From Lingula anatina (taxonomy: Eukaryota > Animalia > Brachiopoda): 64,000 bases of DNA. A model generated the notes under the pieces. That model was given only the letters and a program-made list of their open reading frames with translations. It had not been told where the DNA came from and made no database searches. Positions 53,601 to 64,000 of the stretch are shown here, piece after piece. The position numbers were made by a program, and so were the translations under genes. Location of the stretch: contig CM120640.1 of assembly GCA_051362555.1 (NCBI GenBank), positions 25,096,225 through 25,160,224 of the forward strand, given 5' to 3'. The stretch's first letter is position 1, and each line of letters opens with the position of its first letter.

Positions 53601-55808
53601 CTGACCAAAGGTTTGAAGATGCTCTTTCGGTAGCTGTAGAGAGGTAAGAAAAGTGTCATTACTGATAAAATACAATGTTAAAAAATGTCTAATTTCCTTT
53701 GATAAATATAAAGCATACATATTTAAAATTAAATGGCCATGTTGTACATTCAGAAATATTGTTTATCAAAGGTTGTACCACCAATTTTTCAGCTATATAT
53801 TATCAGAGCTGAACTCTAAAGTTTTCCCTGTGGTGTGTCAGAAGTGGAAGAAAGATGACGAGCACTTAGAAAAGAAATGCCAAAGCCTAGAAGGCATTAC
53901 TGGTGAACAGCTTGGATTGAAAGCAAATCTCAGATGTCCTCTTCCATCTGCAGTAAGTGTAGCAGGGGCGGATTTAGGCCGTCTTCTGGGTCATCCGGAA
54001 GACGGTCAGATTTTCAAGTTTACATTGACAGGTATCAATTTTTTTCTGTTGGAAGACGGTCAAAATTGGAGGGTGAATCAACAAAGAAAATTTGGAAGAC
54101 TGTCAGTAAATAGCTCTGGATCCGCCCCTGTGTAGTACTTTGTACTATGCAGTCTAGCTAGCTCTATAGTCTGTGCAGAACAAATCATTATACTCCTGTA
54201 TATTATATCATGCATTTTTAGAGTGGTGTTTTGAAATTAATACTTTATCATTTCTTGGGCCTGTCTCTAAGGCAAGTGAGTTGTGGTGGTGTTGGGGGGG
54301 GGAGGGGTGTTAATGACATTCAGTTATAGTTCTAGTTCTCTGTGCACTAGGTCAGTGAGATGTCCAACCTGAATCAGAAGTGCACACCACATGAAAAACT
54401 GGTTTGCTTAAAAACTGTCTTGGTAGGTGATCATATGAACAAAGATATAAGAAAATGATTTTTACACAGTTTGATTCATGTCACAATAATTGTGAATAAA
54501 ATGAAGTAAAAATAAAAAATGAATGTAATAATATTGAAGTTAAAACTAACATCTGTTATACTGATGTTAAAACAGTTGTCATAAGTGACTGTTACATTTT
54601 CATAAAGTGATTATTTTCTTCTCTGCAACATTAACACATTCTTCTCAACTCTTTTTGTCTGTAAGGACTTCATTGCAGAAGATATAAATAAACATTGTAT
54701 GGCAGGATCACAAGGCTTGTCTGGAGACAGTAAGTATACATAGTTTATTTTCTGGATTACAGAGAAATGTAGGGAATAGGTTTTATTTGACATACTGATG
54801 TACTGACAAACTCTTTCATCGTATGTTAGCCCATAATTTTAGGTTGAGTTTTTCTATATTTTCTTTTCCTTTCAGACTTTCTCACCAGTGATGATCTGAT
54901 ACCACTTCTAGTAAGTTGAAATCATTTTGAAAATTGGAGTATTGACTTGAAATTCCCCTAACCATTACCTTTAAAGACCTAATGTCAGGTAAAATGTAAA
55001 ATTTGATGTTTATTTTGCTTTTAATTTCTCTTTTCCTAGGTAACTGTGATAATAGAGAGTAAGAGTAGTCATTTATGGAGCAACTTGTACTACATGGAAC
55101 ACTTTAATTGGGCAATGTCTACAAAAGATGACCTGAGGTATATATATTTTTAAATATATTATATTTATCATATCCATTAAAAGTTGGTATTGCTTCTGCA
55201 AGTCAACTGTATGTACGTGCATAGGAGATGAGTACTGGTATATTAAAACAAACACGCATAGCACCGATTATTGGTCCACAAGTGTCCATCTCCATTATGT
55301 GTTGTCTTGGTTTCAGCTTCAGCTTGGTCACATTTAAAGCAGCTGTGGAGTATTTAAAAACCACAAAGTTTGAGCCAATGAAGAAAATGGAGAAAGAAAA
55401 ACAAGCAAGTAAACAAAATGTAAGTATTGTGTATATCTGACTTTGTTATGACCTTGTTGAATTCAATTTCATGTGATAAAATATGGGTGCATTTAACAAC
55501 TGCAGAGCTCATAATATTTTCTTCAGTTTTATCATCTTGGGAAGAAAGCAACCTTTGTGTGAGAATGTTGTAAGCAATTCATTGCTTTGCAGGCCCAAGT
55601 TACAAAACCAGCTGGTCTTCCACATCTTTTACTGGCAAGCCCTGCAGACAAGAACAACCTGCCCTCTGGTGCCTCAGCAATGGACAGGCAGCTGGAAAAA
55701 ATCACTAGGATGCTGGAGGAATCTACAAAAGAATTTGCCAGTGTCGGCAGCCAAGGGTTGCCTAGACATGGAAAAGGTAAACCATTACACAACAAAAAAA
55801 AGATGTAG
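50683..55808 (+). CDS. VPS9-domain Rab GEF, ANKRD27/VARP-like N-terminal half without ankyrin repeats
   Basis: About 17 short exons: MEADDLDFNPFYQALQ, YTICVPETSSL, ETHILKPSPFF, CTPHEKLVCLKTVL (54351-54422), FLTSDDLIPLL (VPS9 catalytic Asp motif), SNLYYMEHF and FSLVTFKAAVEYL. Stop at 55808. Confidence 0.85.
53963..54130. mobile_element. 168-bp MITE, copy 2
   Basis: caggggcgga...tccgcccctg with a 5-bp TSD tgtag; inverted relative to 4639-4806. Confidence 0.9.
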
Positions 55809-57329
55809 TCAGCTTTGTATTTAATCCTTGAAAATACAATTTTTTTCTGGACAAAGTACAAAGATTGGCATGTTCATCTGGATATGGACACTGTACTGAT
55901 ACATATACATTGTTGCAACATTTCCATTTTAAGATTACACAGGTTGTTGAGTTGGCCATAAATACTCAAAAGTCATTTTCTTGTAATTGCAACACCTGGC
56001 AACTATGATCACCATTTTAGGTTCAAAATATAGGGCATCACCTAGTGCAATTTCCCCAGAAAGGCAAGACAGAACTGAAAAATTAGGGTGAGTCCTCTTT
56101 TATCTTCTACTGAAGCAGCAATTTTACTGGAGGTAATCAGCTGCCGTATTCCACGTCTGTCAATAATAAAGATGCCTTTCGATATTTTATTTGTCAATAC
56201 ATTATAGCCAGAATAGTTTACAACAAAATTTTTGTTTTAATTTGATGTCTGTAAATGCTACAGTAACTGTAATGTTTATGTATTGTTTCCAGAGAATTTC
56301 TGTCAGCACTGCAGGATGACATGTTTGGTAACTCCTATGGAAAACAATCTTGACACAGTAATGACTAACCTTTGTTAAATGTTTGGCACATACAATGAAT
56401 AAATGCATACTCACAAAGAAGTATTTGCTTGAGAATACAACTTTTATGTTAAGGTGCTATTGTTGTAAAAGTTCAACATCAGCATGTTGTTTTGCTTCCC
56501 CTGTGTGCAAATGCATGTTAGAAAGTATTGAAAATTAAAATGAAGAATTTATTTATCATATTATGCCTAGACTTCCTAGATCAAAATTGTTGGTTCTGGA
56601 GACTGGCTACGGAGGAAAACGGGTGCAGATTAATTTTGCTAAGGACACGATTTTAAGAAACATTGAGCAGTTTGTAGACCTTTCTTCAGAGAATTAAGTG
56701 AGCTTCTAAAGACAGATTTTAGTTTCATTTTTTATATAATTATTGTTGAAATTGTAAATATAATCTCTTTAAAGTCTTTAAATTCAGAAACATCTATTTG
56801 TTATTGTTAATTTTTTGTTGTTGGTGAGACATTTTATCAAGTAATTGGTAGTAATTGTTCATGAATCATCAACTTTCAGTTTTTATCTTTTTATGAGATT
56901 AAATAAGTAATATGAAAGAATATAAACTTTTTAAAATTAAATGTTTTTGGATGTATATTACAACTACTAGTACTCATGAACATGGCTTTTAAATGAAAGT
57001 AAATCTTAGGCTAATGATCAAACTGAATAATACAAATACATTTCAGCCTCATGAAAAAGCCTTCAACTTTTGACTTGACTTTTAACTTTGACATATTTGG
57101 TTTGCTAGTATATATATATTAATTTATTTTATCATTTCACAAGCTAAATGATACTAAATAATAAACAATTGCCCCTTAATTGATCTTTTGGTAGTGCAGC
57201 ACCATTGTAAAATTTCTGAGATTACATTATATATGTTTTGACCTTGTAACTTGTATTTGAAAGGTTTCATACTAAGGTATTACTAGTTGGTAAACAAAGT
57301 TGTATACATTGGTTTCAATGGAACAGTTC

Positions 57330-59770
57330 ATTGATCCTCTCTCCAATCTTCAAGTGAATTGTTGCAACATTCTTGTAGCTTTGGCATCAAAAGAGGTAAA
57401 GAAAATTGTCTTCTCTCTCTTCTTCTAGATTGCACTTCATTACTGTTTAAACAAAGCAAACGTGAAATTATGAGAATTGTGTGGGAAGCTATAATTAACA
57501 CAATTTATCATACACTTATTTAAAAGCAAAGAAAACAAAGAGACCATTTTATAATTTCTCAATAAAAGAAGGTATATGGAAGTTGGCAGGTTTCAGAAAC
57601 TTACTGCTCTATAGCAAAATGTTCAAATGTATATTAAAGATGTAGTACAGTAGATATGCCACACAAACCATTTTTCTCCACCAACTAAACATCTGGAGAG
57701 AGACTTCTTCAAGGTGTCCTCGTCACATACACCTGCATCCCTTTCTAAAAATTAAGTTTCAATCTTTATCAATATATTTTGTTTTGGTGACAACACATGG
57801 CAAAAACATGGATATATACAATTATTTTTTTAACCAACAACTCTACTTTCACATAAAATGTGTATTAACTGTTATGTGCACATATTTTTAAAACCAAAAA
57901 TAAGACATTTACCTATGAAACAATAAGCAATATTCTGTAACAATTCCAAGTATTCTCCACGTTTCTTGGAATTTTTCCCTTGCCTTGCCTTGCTTCCTAT
58001 GTGTGCTAAACAATCCAAACTGCATTTAAAGAAACGCCCACAGATTGCACAGATAGCATCCTTGTGAACAAACAAAGGACACGTGTCAAACAGACGTACA
58101 TGTTCTCTTTCCTTTGCTGACAGTTTCTCTACATAATGATTCAGTAACTGTTCCCAAGCACTAGCACCAAAGATGGAGTGCACAGTTGTTTGACATTCAC
58201 CTGAAATACAAATTATGTGTATTATTACACCTTCAACAGAAATCATCCACTGACACCCTGACACTGAAACAAACGATGGCTTGATCACAATGACTTTTAC
58301 ATGACCTTTTTAAACAAACAAATGAAGGTCAAAAGGAAGGCCATATGCAATCTGTTACATGTAATCTGCTACCCTCTACCATTGTCACAGATTGACATTA
58401 TACCATGGCTGGCGCTTGGAACAATAGCATAGTTGCATTTGTATTTCGCAAATGGGCTTGCCTGTATTTTAATAAGCTTCGTTGCATTCATCTTATTGTT
58501 CTAAGTGCCAGCTGTGATATAAGTCAGTTACAACTACACGTCACCCACTCTAAGTGACATACAAGAGCACCTCTATATTATTATTATGCTCTTGTATGTC
58601 ACATTAAGTGGACGACGTGTTGTAACTAGTACTAATTTATCTGCAGCCCTTGTAAAGGGTACAGTTCAGCACTTGCCTGATACATTTACCCATCTAAGGA
58701 AGCACTTAGCAAGTAAAAAGTTAAAATTTTATATAACACTATCTCACTTAATTTTTAGACTTTCAACAGGTATAACACTATCTCACTTAATTTTTAACCC
58801 TAGTTGCCAGAAATGCTATTGGCCTGAAAAATTGACACTGACTGTAGCATGTAAGATCACAGATTACATCTCATGGTTTAAAAATAATGCAAATAGCTGT
58901 AAATAATACATTCGTTAAATTTACATTATATAATTTATTATCTTTTTTCTTGGTTTCATTATTTTAGTGATAGCAAAGCAATACATGTTTACCACAAGTG
59001 AGTGTAGTCTTGAGCTTCACTTCATCTTCTGGTGATCCTGTCATCTAAAATGAAACAATGAACATTTAGAACAGTTTGAAATATTTCAAATAACTTTAAT
59101 TTTTTATCAGTATACCTTCAAATATCATGTTCAGAACTTTCAAAATTACTTTTGCTCATAAACATAACAACACAATGACAACACTTGTATTTTTACTTTC
59201 ATTCATGAGAGCTTCTAGTTTCATACCTGTACTGATGCTTGTGGAACTGTATGCAAGTACTTGCAATTTTCTCCATGTCTGCAGCCAGAGGGCGTGCTGA
59301 AATTTATGTGAGGGAAGAAAAAGTCTTACATTTAGTTATCTGCGACTGCAAGTGATAATTAAGATATCTATATAATCTGCCTAAAGTCAAATAAACTACA
59401 GATCTGATATCATAGATTGATCCAGGTTATCAAGAAGCAAACTCCACCTTGCCATTAAAAAGAACAAGTTTGAAAAATGCTGCATATTTTGTGTTATGTT
59501 GTAATACTGAATACAAAGTTTGCATTTGTGAGCCTCTTCGCCCATTCTTGGGAGGAATGATTCCCAATTGCATAACAGGATAACAGAATAACAGGGCTTT
59601 GGGTCTAATATCATACAATAACTGAGTACTCACTGGATCAATGTATATGTGCTTACTTGAGAAAAATGCATTTTTGTGGCTTGGGTGGTGTACCATGGAA
59701 GCTAACATCCAAATTTTTCTTGGGCCAACCTGCTACTCTGTTGTAGGCAGATGTATCAGAACTAGAGGAC
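57330..59770 (-). CDS. CCCH zinc-finger-containing protein (partial model)
   Basis: Exons ~59295-59228 (TPSGCRHGENCKYLH), ~59044-58993, ~58201-57913 (CAICGRFFKCSLDCLAH), ~57744-57669 and ~57443 onward. 5' exons and the start are unresolved; a likely first-exon donor is at ~60506. Confidence 0.55.
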
Positions 59771-60624
59771 TATAAGATTAAATAAATATTGTAGGTTCAA
59801 ACACCTTAATTCTTGATGAAAGGGTTGTGTTTGTGAATTATACCCCCCCCCCCAAAAAAAAAAAGAAACTAGTCCAAATGTTTTAAACATAAATTTACAT
59901 CTAATTTAACACAAAATAAATCAGCAGTAGTCCAAATAACTACTGTGCCTGTTTTATAACAGGAGAGGCATGGATGATACTTGGCCAATATCTAGTTTGG
60001 CAGAATGCACGCACATGTACAAACAACTATACTGACATTAGTACCCATGCTTTTTAGCATAAAATTATCTCAGTTACACTACTGAAAAATATACAAAGCC
60101 GCCTTTAAAGTTTTTAAGTTTTTGCTATTATATTTGACATACCTGCATTCTTATTCATATATTAAATTTAGCAAAAAAAAATAAGGCCGTATAGCATGTA
60201 AGGCCGAGGCAACACGTGCGATTAAATAATATTGGCGCTTTTGACGTCACTGGAAAACTAAATCAAATTGCGGCTGCATAGGCTAGATCTACAGATTCCA
60301 AGATATCCCCCAATCTGAGTATTTTTACCTTCACTGTGTGGTATGAGTAGGTGTTTTGAGTCCCTCTGCTAAATAAAGATATGCATTGGAATTTTATTTT
60401 TAATAGTAATTTTTGTTACTGTGCTCTTTATTGTAACTTTATTTCATTGTTTATTTGGCTTCTCCTGAATGTCTTGCGCAGATGGATGCGCAGAGGTGCC
60501 ACTTACGTTGGAAGCGTGTTAGTTTAATTCTACCTGGGGCATTGCAGTGGCAAGCTTCTTTGTTTAATGAATATATTATCAAGACTGAATCATACAAATA
60601 GATACTGAGAAATGTTACACGAAC

Positions 60625-63600
60625 ATGCAGTCCTCGGAAGCATCTTTGTTTGTGAGAGGAGAGGTAGGAACTGCTAAGAAAATTAAAACGATACTAAGTA
60701 GATTATCTCTCTTCCCTTCTCTCTCTCTCTCTCCCTCAACAACATAAAACATAAAAACTAATTAGAAAATTAATAATATGGGAATCAATGAATTAAAAAG
60801 ACAATGGTTTATTCTTGCGTAGCAAGGGTTATTCGTTGTTTTGGGCAAGAGAGGCATTAGATGGTTGTTTACTTTAGCTTGTGTCTTAGTTGTATGATGA
60901 AAGTATCGTTCATCTTTCTTTTTTCCTTTATAGGACACTTCTGAGATTTGGGATGATACTGCTCTTATAAAAGCATATGATCATGCCGTGAGTTCGGTGA
61001 AGGTGTGTACAGTTTAGGTTACAATGTATGTTTTAGCTTAGACATGCTGATAGGAGAATTGTCTTATTTGAAGTTGTTATCTTCTGTCCATTTAATTCAC
61101 TGACTCCTGCAAAAATTGAAAATGCTGACCACTACACTGTCACTTGTAAACTTGTTAGATGTTGAATCAGTCACCAAACAGTTGTGATTGTCATATGACA
61201 GACAAACGCTTCCTTTACAATGATTTATTGTTGACTTTTTTGTTTGTTAATTTTTGTAGGCCCACCTGTCAAAGAAAAATGGTGACAGTACCCATAGTTT
61301 AGATCATAGCACTGGAGATTTAGTCCAAAAAAAGAAGCACAAGAAGAACAAGAAGAAACACAAGCACAAAGGAAGAAAAGTATGCAGATGATATTCATTG
61401 TTATTGCAGACTTTACGAAAGGCGTCGGACCGTCGGACATGCCTGGCAAATTTCGTCTCGGTCCGATAAAAAATCCTGTATCGTCGGACCTTATGTCCGG
61501 CGAGTTTTCAAACTGACTGGGAATGTGTAAATACAAGGAATACGTTGTTGTTTCTTTTCTGGACGATATATTTTACTTCATTCGAAAAGAGAGACGGGAT
61601 GAAAATCTCGGGGAGTTCCCAGCTAATTAATACATAATTTATAAACCTCAGTTTCACTCAGAAATACTATTTTGTGACTGGTTGAGGTTGGGGGATTCCT
61701 GGATGATGTAATGTACAGTCTCGTTTTCGTTTCGTAATACCCCTACTCGACAAAATGGCCGCAACACATGTGCTCGTGCTATTCGCGTTTTCACAGACTT
61801 GATCCTCTGTTTCTTCTTTATCAGTCGTACACAGCACTCATGGATAAACCTTTTGTTTAGAAAATGACGTTGTTGAACTTTAAACACTTCGTTGGTGCAA
61901 AGCGTGGCTAAAATTAAAACGAAGTGAGGAAGAGAAACGGAAGTTTACTAAAATTGGAAAGAAGGTAGGCCCTGGCGGACTTGTAATCTGTAGGAGAGGA
62001 AAATAGTGTGTGCCGAGTTATCATTTTGATCAATAGCAACATAAATGTTACAGATTTATTACGGGTTCTTAAATTATGGAACTTATGTAGGCCTACGTAT
62101 TTGCATGTACCGTTCACCACGAGTTGGAGAAAGTGCACATGAACTTGACGAAAGCTCACAGTTTGAGTTTCTGTTTATAAAAAAAAGAAATAAAATGAAG
62201 AAGGAACTCAGACTCGGGCTGGACAGTCCCTGTCAAAGCTTCAATTGGATGAAAGAGACTGCCTTACTGTGCTGTTTCAAAATGCATATGTTATTGCCAA
62301 TAACAACGGATGAAATGGTTATCTGATTAACAGACGTTTTTATGGACATACGTTTGATATTACTAGCTACACGTTCTTCATACTTGTATTGGTCTTAGTC
62401 TTTGTGTCATTCCACAATGTCTTTTTCATTAAATAAAAAGCAACTTGTTATGCAAGTAATTTTTTGTCTATTTTTTGTTTGTTTGTTTTTCTTTCTTATT
62501 TTACTTTTTTACAAATATATATCAAAAATTTAATATTTGATTTAATGTCAGTGATTTAAAACATTAGAAAATACACATGAAAACATGAATAATGGTTCGT
62601 ATTTCTATTATTTTACTTCGGTCTGACAGATTTTGTTTCGGTCTGACAGAATTTTCAAGCTTGTCAGACCGAATGTCTGACAGATTTTTTGGCCTTTCGT
62701 AAAGTCTGTTATTGACTTTAATGTAGCTACTTTATGCAGAACAGTGTCACAGCAAACCTGTAGTAGTCTGCCATGGTTTTATATAGCATAAAATTGAATT
62801 TGAAAAAAAAAAAAATTAATAAGTGCCATCGTAAATGATATGCAGTCTTAAATTCAAGTCTTTTGGTTAAGACCAACTCATATTTGATCTTTACAAGTAT
62901 TTTAAATGTATGTTATGTCTACTTCACTCAAATATTAGTGGAATTCCACACCCCTGGTGCCCTATTTATATATTAGTAAAGAAACTGTTACTAGTGCCTG
63001 AGACTGTTTCGTTGCCCAGTGCAGCATTTGGCTGGAAAATGACTTGATGTATAAAAGGCACAAGGTGGAAAAATATAAGACACCTGAATCATAAATTCTG
63101 AAGTAACCCAATTTTAACTGATCCTTAAATATTAGAGACAGAAGTATTGGTTTGCTAAAGATGTTTGCTATATAATGCCATTGATATATGGGCATGATTT
63201 TCCTATCATATTTGGTACAATTTTAGACATTTTTCAAAGAATATTGTTGTAATTTGATAATTATACATTATTGATATTATTGATATTTTACAGCAGTGGA
63301 AAGTAGGGGACCAATGCAGAGCAGTTTTCACAGAAGATGATACTATTTATGATGCTGTGATTGTCTCCCTGAGTGAAGAAGTAGGTACTTGTGTTGTACG
63401 CTATCTGGATTATAACAATGAAGAGACACAAAAATTGGCAGACTTACTAGCTCCCAACAGGAGACATCAAAGACGAGAGTCAGGAAGTAATGCAGAAGTG
63501 AGTTTTTATCAGTTTTATATTAGAATGGAATCACTAATTTTAGAGAGTGAGGGTTTAATTTTTATATTTTTGATGTGAACAAAATGGAATGGGCATTTGG

Positions 63601-63897
63601 AAAATTCAGCTCTTGTGTCATTTTTAAATGCATGTCCTATAAAATGTCACTGGTGCAAAATTGGTTTAACTTCTCTTTATCACCTCACTCATTAAACAGT
63701 GCTGCCAGTGTTAAGTTGTCACAGTGAATATTGATACATAAGTTACATATTTTTCCCTGTTTCAGAGTGATATGGACTGTACCCCAGGTCCACATAGAGG
63801 AAGTAGACCTCACAGACAATCAGAGTCACATGCTCCTCCTCCCACTTGGCCATGGCCACAGTCACCAAATGTCATTCCACCATTTAGTGCAATGCCA
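60625..63897 (+). CDS. SMN: Survival motor neuron protein, 5' part (continues past the right edge)
   Basis: Exons 60625-60663 (MQSSEASLFVRGE), 60934-61002 (DTSEIWDDTALIKAYDHAV, Gemin2-binding), 61260-61379 (Lys-rich), 63294-63497 (Tudor WKVGDQCRAVFTEDDTIYDA..CVVRYLDYNNEE) and 63767-63897 (Pro-rich). Confidence 0.95.
61407..62708. mobile_element. 1.3-kb non-autonomous DNA transposon in an SMN intron
   Basis: 17-bp TIR cagactttacgaaaggc/gcctttcgtaaagtctg, 6-bp TSD ttattg, subterminal tcggac/gtctgac repeats, and no transposase ORF. Confidence 0.88.
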
Positions 63898-64000
63898 GTA
63901 AGTTACAACTATAAATCACATCCATAATTCGACTAACTTGAAACAAAAAAATAATTAAGGTTCATTCTCACTTACATATTTTATTATATCTCAGTAGGCT

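Noticed and set aside
61654-62326. ORFs inside the 1.3-kb TIR element as a transposase
   Set aside because: Short, with no DDE or zinc-finger motifs

Overview
AT-rich, intron-containing invertebrate animal DNA, not prokaryotic (GT-AG introns, SINE/LINE/MITE fragments, microsatellites). A lophotrochozoan such as a mollusc is my inference only. Most ORF-track entries are single exons or noise, so I rebuilt genes by following splice phases by eye. Left to right: (1) the 5' part of a serine beta-lactamase/PBP-fold gene (-). (2-3) Two tandem paralogous CUB-Sushi-mucin-TM receptors (-); the second has an extra N-terminal domain, a duplicated stalk exon and a Tyr-motif tail. (4) A five-exon gene of unknown function (+). 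(5) An 83-aa three-exon orphan gene (+). (6) A nearly intronless ATP-grasp ligase-like gene (+). (7) A secreted prepropeptide-like gene (+). (8) A single-exon basic coiled-coil ORF (-). (9) Bre1/RNF20-40 (-), head-to-head with (10) an ankyrin-less ANKRD27-like VPS9 gene (+). (11) A CCCH zinc-finger gene (-), head-to-head with (12) SMN (+, runs off the window). The best candidates for new biology are the ATP-grasp enzyme flanked by two small co-oriented peptide genes (speculative) and the CUB-Sushi receptor pair. No database searches were possible.
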